This document shows positions 10,712 through 20,928 of a stretch of 64,000 nucleotides of DNA, in pieces. This DNA comes from Myxococcales bacterium (lineage in GTDB: Bacteria > Myxococcota_A > Polyangia > Polyangiales > DASUME01). How positions within the stretch are numbered: the stretch's first letter is position 1; the number at the start of each line of letters is the position of its first letter. The DNA is taken from positions 6,816,001 through 6,880,000 of the forward strand of contig JASGJH010000001.1 in NCBI GenBank assembly GCA_047601445.1, read 5' to 3'. The translations under genes were made by a program, and so were the position numbers. Under the pieces are notes generated by a model that had not been told where the DNA came from, ran no database searches, and saw only the letters and a program-made list of their open reading frames with translations.

Positions 10712-13234
10712 ATGAACAAGCTGTTCGAGATCTTCTGGCGTTTGCCTGGGTCGCCGCGCCCGACCGTGATCGCGTGCGCGCTGCTCAGTCTGTTCTTTGG
10801 CCATCAGGCGTTCACGCGGCTGCGCTTTGACACCACCTTCCAGGCGTTGGTGGACGGCGACGTGGAGACCTCCGAGCGCCTCGAGCGACTCGAGGCTGAG
10901 TTCGGGGAGAACTCGGTCTTCGAGATCGTGATCAAGGGAGACGTGTATTCGGCGCCGTATCTGAAGAAGCTACGGGTTCTGCACGAGCGGATCGCGACCC
11001 TGGAGGTGAAGGAGTTCGCGGCTGGTTCCAGCCAGAACAGTGAACCCACTCGCGTGACGGCGTCCCCGCTCCCTGGGCCGGATCTCTCGGGGTTCGCCGT
11101 GGAGGGCGAATGCGAGCAGGCTCCCTCGGAGCAGCAGGCTCCGTGGATCGACCAGCTGGAGTCGCTGGTGAACGCGCGCACGACGGTCGTCGAAGACGGC
11201 GCCCTTGCGGTCAAGAGGTTGCTCGACCCGTGGCCCGAGGGAGCCGCCATCCTGGCCCTCGAGGGCCGCATCGAGCGCGACGCCACCTTGCGCGGCCTGC
11301 TCGTGGGATCGCGAGGGCAGGCGTCCGTGATCCTGGTGCGTCCGGTGCGGATGACTCCGACTCAGGCCCTTGCACTGCACGCCGCGCTGGATGGGTTGGT
11401 ACAGGCCGCCAATCAACCGGATTTTCACGCCTTGCTCGCTGGCGTTCCCACGCTGGAGGCCAACCTCTCCCACGAGAGTGTGCGCGGCTCCATCTACCTG
11501 GTGCTCGCCACGCACGTATCGCTACCGGTGTTCCTGTGGTGGTTCTTTCGGAGCTGGATCGGCGTCGCCGGCCCCCTGCTCGTGCTGGGACAAGCTGTGG
11601 TGTGGACGGCGGGGCTGATGGCGATACTCGGCGTTCCGATGACGGTGATGACCTCCATGCTGCCGGGCTTTCTGAGCACGGTCTGCGTCGGAGATTGCAT
11701 CCACATGCAGTCCAGGTACGTGGCCTTTCGACGCCAGGGGCATTCCAACTTGGCGGCGCTGAGCCACACGCTACGTGAGGACTCGCTGCCGGTGGTGTTC
11801 ACCAGCTTGACCACGGCCGCGGGGCTGCTGAGCCTCGGCGTCACGAGGCTCGATTGCATCAAGCACCTCGGCTATTTCGCGGCCTTTGGCGTGATGGCCG
11901 CGTGCCTCCTGTCCTTGGTGTTTTTGCCCGCGTTCCTGCGCATCGATCGCGGTGCGCCGTGGTCCACCGGCGATCTACGCGGGGACTGGGTGGAGCGCTT
12001 GCTCACCTGCACGCGCCGGGCCGCATCCATCAGGACGACGGGATTCCTGCCGGGCGCGGCTCCGGCGGCGGGTGTGCGCCGGCGTAGCTGGGCGGTGGTG
12101 CTGGTGACGGCTGCGATCAGCGCGATCGGCCTGCTCGGTACGAGCCGCATGGTGATCGGCCAGGACCTGCTCGGCTGGTTACCCAGCAGCCATGCACCGC
12201 ACGAGGCCTTCGAGGTCATGGACAAACACATGGGGGGCGCAGGGCATCTGGTGGTGCTGTTGCATGCGGAACAAGGCAAGAGCTTCTTCGATCGAGACAT
12301 CCTGGAACGCGTGGAGGCCTTCGAGCGGGAGCTTGCCGGGCTGCCCGAGGCCGGTGAGATCTTCGGCTTACCCAGGATCGTGCGGCAGGTCTGGCGGTCC
12401 CTGAACGACGACAAGCCCGAGTTCGAGCGCTTGCCGGACACGCAGCGTGGCGTGCGAGATGCGCTCTCCATGTTCGAGAGTGCAGCCAAGGACGACCTGC
12501 GGCGTGTGGTTACGGCGGACGGCTCGAAAGCCGTGCTGATCGCGCGCCTACCTTGGCTGGAGGAGCTCGGCTTTCAGGTTGTCGAAGACGAGGTGCTCGC
12601 CGCCGCCGACCGACATCTCAAGGGATACGTGCGGGCCGAGTTAACCGGAGCGAACCATGCGCAGTTCAAGTCCATGTCGGGCTTGATCGCCGATTTGGTC
12701 GGCAGCGTCGGCTCGTCGTTTCTGGTGATCGCGGCGATGATCGCTTTGATGCTCTGGGACTGGAAACTGGGCCTCCTGGCGATGCTGCCCAACGTGCCGC
12801 CCATCCTCGTGATGCACGGCGCCATGGGGTTCGGCGATGTGCGCCTGGACTCCACGTCGGCGCTGGTGGCGTCGATCGCCCTGGGCGTGGTCGTCGACGA
12901 CACCATTCACTTCTTCCATCACTTCAAGCGGCACCTGGTGGAGCACGGAGACGTGGAGCGGGCGCTCGCGCAGACCTACGAGGCAGTCGGGCGGCCTGCC
13001 GTGCTGACCTGCGCGCTGCTGACCTGTGGTTTCTCGACATTTCTCTTCGTCAATCTAGCCAATATCCAGATGTTCGGCTTGTTGGCGGGCCTGGCTATCA
13101 CGAGCGCGCTGTTCGTGGACCTGGTGCTAACCCCGGTGGTGCTGCGGACCTTCTACGGAACGGCCAAGGCGCCCGCTGAGGCAGCGGAGCCGGCGTGTCT
13201 GGCCCTCGATGGCGTCGAGGATGCACAAGCATGA
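10712..13234 (+). CDS. MMPL/RND-family lipid exporter
   Basis: Two repeats of 1+5 TM helices; motifs VGDCIH, TSLTTAAG, LGVVVDDTIH. Confidence 0.9.
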   Translation: MNKLFEIFWRLPGSPRPTVIACALLSLFFGHQAFTRLRFDTTFQALVDGDVETSERLERLEAEFGENSVFEIVIKGDVYSAPYLKKLRVLHERIATLEVKEFAAGSSQNSEPTRVTASPLPGPDLSGFAVEGECEQAPSEQQAPWIDQLESLVNARTTVVEDGALAVKRLLDPWPEGAAILALEGRIERDATLRGLLVGSRGQASVILVRPVRMTPTQALALHAALDGLVQAANQPDFHALLAGVPTLEANLSHESVRGSIYLVLATHVSLPVFLWWFFRSWIGVAGPLLVLGQAVVWTAGLMAILGVPMTVMTSMLPGFLSTVCVGDCIHMQSRYVAFRRQGHSNLAALSHTLREDSLPVVFTSLTTAAGLLSLGVTRLDCIKHLGYFAAFGVMAACLLSLVFLPAFLRIDRGAPWSTGDLRGDWVERLLTCTRRAASIRTTGFLPGAAPAAGVRRRSWAVVLVTAAISAIGLLGTSRMVIGQDLLGWLPSSHAPHEAFEVMDKHMGGAGHLVVLLHAEQGKSFFDRDILERVEAFERELAGLPEAGEIFGLPRIVRQVWRSLNDDKPEFERLPDTQRGVRDALSMFESAAKDDLRRVVTADGSKAVLIARLPWLEELGFQVVEDEVLAAADRHLKGYVRAELTGANHAQFKSMSGLIADLVGSVGSSFLVIAAMIALMLWDWKLGLLAMLPNVPPILVMHGAMGFGDVRLDSTSALVASIALGVVVDDTIHFFHHFKRHLVEHGDVERALAQTYEAVGRPAVLTCALLTCGFSTFLFVNLANIQMFGLLAGLAITSALFVDLVLTPVVLRTFYGTAKAPAEAAEPACLALDGVEDAQA

Positions 13235-13244
13235 GAGGCGAGGG

Positions 13245-15023
13245 CTAACAGCCGAGCACGGCCTGCCAGAGCACCTCGCCGCTCACCGGCTTGCGCAGCA
13301 CCACCAGGTTCGGGGATAGCTTGCCGCCCGTGGACACGTCCGCATCGCCAGTGAGCAGCACGGAATGCAGGCGCCGCGTGCGATTGCTGCTAGCGACCCC
13401 GATCAGCTCCGCGCCCGAGAGGTCTCCTGGTAAGCGGTGATCGGTGACCAGCACGTCCGCAGGCGTGCCCTCCTCGTTCATGCGCGCGAGCACCACGAGG
13501 GCGTCGCTCCCATTGATGGCGGTGTGGACTACGCAGCCCTGGGCCTCGAGCCAGGTGCGCGTGGCGTGGGAGACGAGCGGGTCGTCCTCCACCAGCATCA
13601 CCTGCAGGCAGAGTGACGTCGGCAGCTTCGGTAGCACCACGCTGTCCGCTTCGGAAGCGGCGCGCGGCACGCTGACCGAGAACATGGATCCGTGCCCGAT
13701 GCGGGTACGCATATCCAGGCGCCAGTCGTTGAGTGCACAGATGCGTTGAACGATGGGCAGGCCCAAGCCGAGTCCCTTGCTGCGGTCACGCTCGCGGTTT
13801 CCGACCTGGACGAAGTCGTCGAAGATGCGCTCGCGGTCCTCCTCCGCGATGCCTGGCCCTTGATCCCAAAACTGGATCGTGCAGGCGGGCCCGTGCATGC
13901 GCAGCGCGATCAGCACGCGACCACGACCACCGTGGCGCACCGCGTTGGCGGCCAGGTTGTGCAGGACGCGCGCCAGCAGGGTCGGATCGGCCAACACGGT
14001 CGCGGGGCGCCCGCGCACGTAGAGCAATACATCGAGCGCGTCGCACTCGTCCCGCAGGCCTGCCACGACCTCGGTCAGGAGCGGCTCGAGGGGGACGGCG
14101 CGCGGCGTGGACCGGGTCAAGCCCGCGTCGAGGCGCGACACATCGAGCAGGCCCTCCAGCATCGCGCGCAGCGCGTTGGTGGAGCGACCGATGGCATCCA
14201 CCAGCCGTCGGCGTGGCTCAGCCTGGTCGTCGCGCAGACCGCCCAATACATCGTTGAACATGGCCAGCGCCTGCACAGGCTGGCGCAGGTCATGGCTGGC
14301 GGCGGCAAGGAAGCGCGTCTTGATCTCAGCGGTCCGCTCGGCGTGGCTGCGGGCTTCGACCGCGGCCTCGTGAGAGGCCAGAGTCTGTTGGAGCAGCTCC
14401 ACGTTCTCGAAGCGCAGGTTCAGGCTCTCCCGCAGGGCCTTGGCGTTGCGTACTACCACCAGTGTGGTTCCCACCGCGAACCAGATCAGGAGCGCCGAGC
14501 TCCACCAGAGGCCTTCGGTCCAACCACGCACCGCGCTGGGCAGCAGCGTGAGATAGACGAGCAGTGCGTAGCAGACCGGATCTCCAGACAAGGTAGAGGT
14601 GGCACCCGCCACGATGCCGGCGTAGCAGAAAATCAGCACCTGCCCGGTCCCGGCGCCCGGCGTCATCGACCAAAGCACGCCGCCCAGACCCCAGGCTGAC
14701 CCCACGAGGATGGTGCCGATGCGCCGTGCCAGCTGCGCCTTCCGGCCGTCGCCCGCCAGCCAGCCGTCCCTCGGCGCGCGCCAGCAGATCATCAGCTGAA
14801 ACATGCTCGCGACGAGGTGGGCGATGCACCAAAGCCACATCCGCCACCCGTGATCCGCCGCATAGCAAGCGATGACAAAGGTGGCTGCACCGCCCGCGTT
14901 GAACACCAGCGAAGTAGGCAGCTGCGCGTAGGTATGCTGGACCATGCCACGCGCGAGGTCTCGACCGCGGTTCGGCGATGGTCGGCCCGATACTGCCGAG
15001 TCCGACGCGCTCTTGGAGGTCAT
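13245..15023 (-). CDS. membrane hybrid sensor histidine kinase with receiver domain
   Basis: Multi-TM N-terminus; H-box AASHDLRQP, N-box NLAANAVRH, DQGPGI, GLGLGL; receiver LVEDD...VTDHRL...KP; start uncertain (ORF extends to 15119). Confidence 0.92.
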   Translation of the reverse strand: MTSKSASDSAVSGRPSPNRGRDLARGMVQHTYAQLPTSLVFNAGGAATFVIACYAADHGWRMWLWCIAHLVASMFQLMICWRAPRDGWLAGDGRKAQLARRIGTILVGSAWGLGGVLWSMTPGAGTGQVLIFCYAGIVAGATSTLSGDPVCYALLVYLTLLPSAVRGWTEGLWWSSALLIWFAVGTTLVVVRNAKALRESLNLRFENVELLQQTLASHEAAVEARSHAERTAEIKTRFLAAASHDLRQPVQALAMFNDVLGGLRDDQAEPRRRLVDAIGRSTNALRAMLEGLLDVSRLDAGLTRSTPRAVPLEPLLTEVVAGLRDECDALDVLLYVRGRPATVLADPTLLARVLHNLAANAVRHGGRGRVLIALRMHGPACTIQFWDQGPGIAEEDRERIFDDFVQVGNRERDRSKGLGLGLPIVQRICALNDWRLDMRTRIGHGSMFSVSVPRAASEADSVVLPKLPTSLCLQVMLVEDDPLVSHATRTWLEAQGCVVHTAINGSDALVVLARMNEEGTPADVLVTDHRLPGDLSGAELIGVASSNRTRRLHSVLLTGDADVSTGGKLSPNLVVLRKPVSGEVLWQAVLGC

Positions 15024-15329
15024 GGCTTGGCCGTGCATCGACTTCGGAGCCCGCGAACGAGAGGTACAGTGTTCGGGCGCTCTTCCTAGGCCTATTGTAC
15101 GCATCGCCCAAGCGAGCACCAGGCGCTAACTCGAACTCGCTGCGTCCGTGGTCGCGACCGTGTGAGAGTTTACAGACGGCTCGCGCGGCACGTGTAAGGG
15201 GCGTTCGACGCCCAGGGATGCGGTCGATACGCGGCCGTAACGCGAGATTGCTGGCTGGCTCACGCGAGGAAACGAACATTTTACGCAAGTGCCCCAGCAA
15301 GCGAACACAAGCGTGTCCTAATAGGCAGC

Positions 15330-15983
15330 ATGGACCTGCTTCTCATCGACGATCACGCTTTGGTGCGTGAAGGAATCCGGGCACTCGCGGACGCCACCGG
15401 GTTGTTTGGGCACATCCTCGAGTGCGGTTCTCTCGCGCATGCCTTGGACACGGCCCGCACCGAGCGCGCGCGCATCGGGTTCGTGATCCTCGACCTCGGA
15501 CTGCCGGACGCGGTGGGCTTCGACGCTCTCGTGCGCCTGCGCGAGGCACTGCCCGAGGCACCCATCCTGGTGGTCTCGGGGGGCGACACGCCGACCGTGA
15601 TCGACACGGCTTTCGAGCTGGGTGCCCGGGGCTATCTGCCCAAGTGCTCCTCGCCCACGGCGCTGCGCCTGGCGATTCAGTCGGTCTTGGGGGACGAACG
15701 CTACGTACCCCCGCAGCTGCTGGGGCACGGCGGGGCCGCGCGGCGACCCAGCACGCCGGCTGCGAGCCCGGCCAACCTCGAGCGCCTCACGCCGCGCCAG
15801 AACGAGGTGTTGAAGCTGCTGGCCAAGGGCTACGCGAACAAGGAGATCGCCAACGCCCTGGACCTCAGCCTCTCCACGGTGCGCATCCACGTGAGCGCCG
15901 TGCTCGAGCGGCTCGGTGTCGAAAACCGTACGCAGGCCGCCATGTGCTCCACCGCGCAGGTCCTGTTGCGCAGCCCCGCTTGA
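15330..15983 (+). CDS. NarL/LuxR-family response regulator
   Basis: LIDDH, ILDLGLPD, GARGYLPK; HTH LTPRQNEVLKLLAKGYANKEIA. Confidence 0.95.
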   Translation: MDLLLIDDHALVREGIRALADATGLFGHILECGSLAHALDTARTERARIGFVILDLGLPDAVGFDALVRLREALPEAPILVVSGGDTPTVIDTAFELGARGYLPKCSSPTALRLAIQSVLGDERYVPPQLLGHGGAARRPSTPAASPANLERLTPRQNEVLKLLAKGYANKEIANALDLSLSTVRIHVSAVLERLGVENRTQAAMCSTAQVLLRSPA

Positions 15984-16058
15984 GCGCGCGTTCGGTTGCG
16001 CTGCGTACCGTCGTTCCGTCGCGCGCTTGCCCACTCCCACGACTTACGCGCGCACTAG

Positions 16059-16092
16059 GACGAATGTCCGATGGGCCGTACGGATGGCCGAT
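16059..16092 (+). promoter_or_regulatory. tandem motif pair upstream of gdhA
   Basis: GACGAATGTCCGAT (16059-16072) and TACGGATGGCCGAT (16079-16092), 20-bp periodicity. Confidence 0.45.
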
Positions 16093-16201
16093 TGCATCGG
16101 TGCAGTGACCACGGCCTGCTTGTCTAGCTGACGCTTTCGCTTATAGCGCCGTGTTAGCGTTGGTCCGACACGCGCGAGTTTGCGTGGGTCAGGCAAACGG
16201 T

Positions 16202-17464
16202 ATGCAGCAGCACTACGCGTTCTTTCAAGTCATTCAGAACTACCTCCAGCGGGCCGCGGAGGTCATCGAGATGCCTCCCGACACCTCGGCGCTCCTGGCG
16301 CAGCCCAAGACCGAATTGATCGTGCACTTCCCGGTGCGCATGGACAGCGGACAGCTGCGAATCTTCACCGGCTATCGCATTCAGCACAACAACATCCTCG
16401 GTCCTTACAAGGGCGGCATCCGCTACCACCCCGACGTGAACCTCGACGAGGTGCGCGCGCTGGCTGCCATGATGACCTGGAAGTGCGCGCTGATGGATGT
16501 TCCGTTCGGCGGTGCGAAGGGAGCGGTGCAGTGCGATCCCCGCGCGCTGTCCGAGGCCGAGCGCATGCGCTTGACCCGCCGATTCACGCACGATTTAGGG
16601 GATAATCTGGGTCCCGATCACGACATCCCCGCGCCCGACGTGGGTACGGGCGCGCAAGAGATGGCCTGGCTCATGGACACGTACATGAACAGCGTGGCCG
16701 CCAACCAGAAGAATGCCGTGCGCGCCGTGGTCACCGGCAAACCTCTCGCCTGCGGCGGCTCGCCTGGGCGGGTGAAAGCCACCGGGCAGGGCGTGGCGCA
16801 TTGCGTGGTCGAGTGGGCGGGCGAGCACGGGGTCAAGCTCGAAGGCGCGCGGATGACCATCCAGGGCTTCGGCAACGTGGGGTCCCACGCCGGGCTCGCG
16901 CTGCAGGCCATGGGCGTGAAGCTGGTGGCGGTCAACGATCACAGCGGTTCGCTGCGAAATGATCAGGGCATCGACGCGGTGGCGCTGGCAAAGCACGTGT
17001 CGATCCACGGCGGGATCGCCGGCTTTCGACCGGCCGAGCCCGTGTCGCGTGAGGACTTCTTCGCGACGCCGGCGGACTTCTTCATTCCGAGCGCGCTCGA
17101 GAACCAGGTGGGTGAGGCCGAGGCCAAGCTGCTCGAGGTCAAGCTGGTGGCCGAGGGTGCCAACGGTCCCGTGAACCCCGCAGGCGAAGCGGTGCTGTCC
17201 GAGCGCGGCATCGAGGTCATTCCGGACATCTTGGCCAATGCCGGTGGCGTCACGGTGAGCTACTACGAATGGCTGCAGAACAAGCGCAACGAGCGCTGGA
17301 CGATGCAGGATGTCGAGCACAAGCTGGCGGCCGCGATGATGCGCGGCTATCGCGCCGTACGCGAGATGGCGCACGAGAGGCGCGTGCCGATGCGCAGCGC
17401 GGCGTACTGCGTGGCGTTGAAGCGCCTCGCCGATTGCTATCACCACCGTGGAGTCTTTCCCTGA
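16202..17464 (+). CDS. gdhA: Glu/Leu/Phe/Val dehydrogenase (glutamate dehydrogenase)
   Basis: KGGIRYHP, MTWKCA, DIPAPDVGT, QGFGNVG, EGANGP, PDILANAGGVTVSYYEW. Confidence 0.92.
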   Translation: MQQHYAFFQVIQNYLQRAAEVIEMPPDTSALLAQPKTELIVHFPVRMDSGQLRIFTGYRIQHNNILGPYKGGIRYHPDVNLDEVRALAAMMTWKCALMDVPFGGAKGAVQCDPRALSEAERMRLTRRFTHDLGDNLGPDHDIPAPDVGTGAQEMAWLMDTYMNSVAANQKNAVRAVVTGKPLACGGSPGRVKATGQGVAHCVVEWAGEHGVKLEGARMTIQGFGNVGSHAGLALQAMGVKLVAVNDHSGSLRNDQGIDAVALAKHVSIHGGIAGFRPAEPVSREDFFATPADFFIPSALENQVGEAEAKLLEVKLVAEGANGPVNPAGEAVLSERGIEVIPDILANAGGVTVSYYEWLQNKRNERWTMQDVEHKLAAAMMRGYRAVREMAHERRVPMRSAAYCVALKRLADCYHHRGVFP

Positions 17465-17473
17465 GCTCTCCCT

Positions 17474-18130
17474 ATGGATTTGCTTCTCATCGATGATCAT
17501 CGGCTGGTGCGCGATGGCATTCGAGCCATCGTCGAGGCCACTGGGCTGTTCACTCGAACCATCGAGTGCGGCTCCCTGGCCAGCGCGCTGGCTCGGGTGG
17601 ACAGCGACGGCGACCAGATAGGCTTCGTCATCCTGGACCTGGGGCTGCCCGATGCGTCGGGCTTCGAGTGCCTTATCCGGGTCAGAGATGCGCTACCGGG
17701 GGTGCCCATCCTGGTCGTGTCGGGCGAAGATCAGCGCGAATCCATCGACTCCGCGTTCGACCTCGGAGCGCGCGGTTACCTGCCCAAATCCTCGTCCCCC
17801 ACCGCCTTGCGCCTGGCCATCGAATCGATCCTCGGCGACGAGCTGTACGTGCCTCCGCAGCGCCTCGGCCACCTGGGACGCGCGTCTCAGAACGACGAAG
17901 GAAGCCCGCCGCCTCCCGAGCGTGGACTCCTGACGCGACGTCAATGCGAGGTGCTGCGGTTGTTGGCCAAGGGCCGCACCAACAAAGAGATCGCCGAGAT
18001 CATGGGGCTCAGCCTGTCCACGATACGCATCCACGTGAGCGCAGTGCTCGATCGGCTGGGCGTCGAGAACCGCACGCAAGCCGCGACGTGCCCGGCGGCG
18101 CGCAGATTTCTTGGCGGTGGTCCGACCTAG
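17474..18130 (+). CDS. NarL/LuxR-family response regulator, close paralog of 15330..15983
   Basis: Same length class; shared MDLLLIDDH start, GFVILDLGLPD and LSLSTxRIHVSAVLxRLGVENRTQAA. Confidence 0.95.
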   Translation: MDLLLIDDHRLVRDGIRAIVEATGLFTRTIECGSLASALARVDSDGDQIGFVILDLGLPDASGFECLIRVRDALPGVPILVVSGEDQRESIDSAFDLGARGYLPKSSSPTALRLAIESILGDELYVPPQRLGHLGRASQNDEGSPPPPERGLLTRRQCEVLRLLAKGRTNKEIAEIMGLSLSTIRIHVSAVLDRLGVENRTQAATCPAARRFLGGGPT

Positions 18131-18185
18131 AGGTCGTACTAGGAGTTCTGTCCGTCTACACCGTACGACTTGCTCGCCGTAAGAG

Positions 18186-19514
18186 ATGAGTATGCGAGCA
18201 TCGTTGGAACCCAGGAGTCATGGGACGAACAAGACGACCTTCGATCCGCAGCAGGAGCGCGCGATCGAGTACCTGCGGCGGGAGGCGCGACGGCGGTGCA
18301 CGGCCGATGGACGGCCGCTCGGCTTTCAGGCGTTCATGGTAGGCATGGGACACGGCGTGCAGGAGCTCGTTCCGCGCACGCCCGAGGTGTTCTCCAACCT
18401 ACTGGCGCTGGCCGCGCTGGGAGGGCTGGATCACCCGAGCGTGAGCTCACTCTGCCATTACCTACTCGGCTCGTTTCGAGACCTTCATGCCGACGGACTC
18501 TACCGCTTCTTCCGCTCGGCGCGGCTGAGCGGTGACACGGACTGCACCGGGCTCGCGGTGCGTGCGCAGATCGAACTCGGAGAGCTCGACCCCACTGACG
18601 CGGCGGGCGCGCGCGAGCTCAAGCAATTCACTGACCGGCTGCTGGGCTGCGCTTCCATCGCCAGCACGGCGTCGGCCGACAATCGCGTACTGGGCGTCGA
18701 GAACGGCGAGCTGCACCGCCGTGTGATCAAGCTGACCCCGCACGACCACGCCGGTGCAGACCTGGTAGGTGATCGCGGGCTCATGCACGATCCGGTCGCG
18801 TGCTGCCACGCGCTCTACCCGTTGCTGGCGGAGCTCCGCGCCGGTGCGCGACGCTCGGACGTGCTGGTGCGACTTCGCGAGCAATGGATGGATGAGCCTG
18901 GCCCACGGCTCGGCCTGACCCACGCCGACTCGGTGGTGGCCGCCAGCATCCTCCACGTGCTGCGACACCTCTCTTCAGGAGCTTGGCGCCAGGGCACGAG
19001 CCTCTATGCACCACCCGAGCTGTTCCTGTACGCGCTGAGCGAGCTGCTGCGGGAATTCCCTGAGTTGGATCACGCCTTGGTGGGAGCGCGCAGCGTGCTG
19101 CAGCACGCGCTGCTCGAGCGACGGCACGAAGCGCGTCGAGCCGGGGCCTTTCAAGTAGCCTTGCGGGCGAACGTGGCGCTCAACCTGGGGCTCGATCCCG
19201 AGCCCGAGCGCCGTGGGTTGCGCCGAGCCCAGCGCGCGGACGGGGGATACTCGGGCTACAAGGCACTCTATACGTTCAACACTGCCCAGGCGAGCGTGGT
19301 CTACTTTGGCTCCTCGCCCGTGACCACCGCGTTCGCGATCAGGGCGCTCTCGGAGCCGCGTGCACCTCTGCAGCGAGGAAGGACGGGCTGGTTCGACCCC
19401 GTCGCTCGACGTCTAGGCGAGTTCCTGCGGGATTGTCACGGTTCGTGGCCCGCGCCCTCGCACGGCCTCGCGCCACTCGCGAAGCGCAAGCCCGCGCGCG
19501 ACGCACTGCGCTGA
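18186..19514 (+). CDS. class II terpene cyclase-like protein (prenyltransferase/squalene-cyclase beta-domain type)
   Basis: DTDCT (DxDT/DxDD-like), DPVACCHAL, GTSLYAPPELFLY, QW-like AQRADGGY and terminal GSSPVTTAFAIRAL, in the order seen in AstC/drimenol-synthase-type cyclase domains. Confidence 0.6.
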   Translation: MSMRASLEPRSHGTNKTTFDPQQERAIEYLRREARRRCTADGRPLGFQAFMVGMGHGVQELVPRTPEVFSNLLALAALGGLDHPSVSSLCHYLLGSFRDLHADGLYRFFRSARLSGDTDCTGLAVRAQIELGELDPTDAAGARELKQFTDRLLGCASIASTASADNRVLGVENGELHRRVIKLTPHDHAGADLVGDRGLMHDPVACCHALYPLLAELRAGARRSDVLVRLREQWMDEPGPRLGLTHADSVVAASILHVLRHLSSGAWRQGTSLYAPPELFLYALSELLREFPELDHALVGARSVLQHALLERRHEARRAGAFQVALRANVALNLGLDPEPERRGLRRAQRADGGYSGYKALYTFNTAQASVVYFGSSPVTTAFAIRALSEPRAPLQRGRTGWFDPVARRLGEFLRDCHGSWPAPSHGLAPLAKRKPARDALR

Positions 19515-19600
19515 CCCGCTCTTCCCGACTAGGGGCTGTTCCTAATTCCGGGGCTCTTTTGAGGCGGCCGGGGGGCGATGGCGTCAGGCGTGCTCCTGTT

Positions 19601-20083
19601 CGTCATCGTGTTCGTCCTCGTCCTCGTAAGACGTAGTCGTGCGCGTGCCCGGTTCACCGGCACATTTTGCTGAGCATGGAAACCACGCGCACGCAGAGAG
19701 TCTTTGCGGTGGTCGCGGTTTCCGGCTCGACGAGTGCCTGCATGCGGAGCAGGTCAACGATTGCGGCGCACTCCATGGCAGAACCTCGCGCAATGGCATG
19801 GTAGCGAGCGCGCTCCCGGTCGGAGGTCTTGCCGGCTCCCTCTGCGATGTTGAGGGGAATCGAAATGGTTGCGCGTTTGAGCTGGTCCGAGAGCTCGGCG
19901 TGGCCGCGGGGCATCTTCTCGAGGATTTGAAAGGAGAGCGCGGCAAATTGCAGAGCGCATTGGTAAACGTCGAGCCGTTCGAAATCTAGCATGCCATCTG
20001 TATCGGCCGAACCTCGCATTGGTTGCGCCATTTCGCGCACGCGCACGACTACGTCGCACGAGGACGAGGACGAACACATGACG
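19601..20083. repeat. ~47-bp inverted repeat pair enclosing the four-helix-bundle gene
   Basis: 19601-19648 CGTCATCGTGTTCGTCCTCGTCCTCGTAAGACGTAGTCGTGCGCGTGC versus the reverse complement of 20037-20083: two mismatches, one indel. Confidence 0.85.
19654..19992 (-). CDS. four helix bundle protein (23S rRNA intervening-sequence protein / bAvd-like family)
   Basis: MLDFERLDVYQ...DQLKRATISIPLNIAEG...IARGSAMECAAI. Confidence 0.9.
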   Translation of the reverse strand: MLDFERLDVYQCALQFAALSFQILEKMPRGHAELSDQLKRATISIPLNIAEGAGKTSDRERARYHAIARGSAMECAAIVDLLRMQALVEPETATTAKTLCVRVVSMLSKMCR

Positions 20084-20114
20084 CTCACGAGAACGGCGCC
20101 TTGGAGCTGCGGGG

Positions 20115-20866
20115 TCACGCTACCCAGAGACAGACGCACGCAAGTTGCAGCAGAGCCAGGTAGCTCTGCGCAGTCTTCTCGTACCGGGTTGGGATGGCCC
20201 GGAACCTCTTCAGATTGTGGAAGAAGACCTCCACCAAGTAGCGCTCGCGGTACAGGGTTCGGTCGAGCCGGCGTCCGTTGTACTTGCGAGTGGGGTTGTT
20301 GCAGATGACGGGTTTCATCCCCTGCGCGCGGACTGCCTCGATAATGCGGTCTGCGTCATAAGCTGTGTCGGCAATGAACGCCCGCCCCCGAGCGTGCGGT
20401 AGAAGCTCTTCCGCCATCGTCGAGTCGTGCTGTTGTCCAGGAGTCAACGCGACGTGCAGTGGGCGTGCCTTAGCATCGACAACGGTGTGGATCTTCGTTG
20501 AAAAACCTCCTCGAGAGCGGCCCAAAGCATTGGATTGGACCCCCCTTTTCCGCCCGAAGCGTCTTGGTGCGCCCGAACGACAGAGGCATCAATGATTGAG
20601 CCCGTTTCATCCACGTCCAGCTGCAGCGCCTTGAAAATCTTCTCCCAGGCCCCCCGCTCGGCCCAGTTGTAGAATCGGTTGTACACTGAGTTCCAGGGGC
20701 CGAACCGTTCGGGCAAATCACGCCACGGACAGCCCGTCTTTGCCCGGTAGAGCACGGCGTCGATGAACAACCGGTCTCCGAGCTTCGAGGCTGGTCCGGG
20801 GCGGCGCTTCGGAAACTGTCCCTGGAGGCGCTCCCATTGCTGGTCGGTCAGAGCGTGGCGGTGCAC
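20115..20866 (-). CDS. IS5-family transposase, orfA (20444..20866) plus orfB (20115..20525) joined by a probable -1 frameshift
   Basis: LTDQQWE, TGCPWRDLPERFGPW, IIDASVVRAH, GRSRGGFSTKIH, ADTAYD, RYLVE, RYEK; slippery GGAAAAGGGGGG at 20540-20551 on the minus strand. Confidence 0.9.
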
Positions 20867-20928
20867 AGCAAGCTTTGATCACGATCCGGATCTCAGCACA
20901 AATTAGCGGCAAGAATTAGGAACAGCCC

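Noticed and set aside
19654..19992. Four-helix-bundle gene as part of a diversity-generating retroelement or a 23S rRNA intervening sequence
   Set aside because: No reverse transcriptase, no template/variable repeat pair with A-specific differences, and no rRNA sequence in the window.
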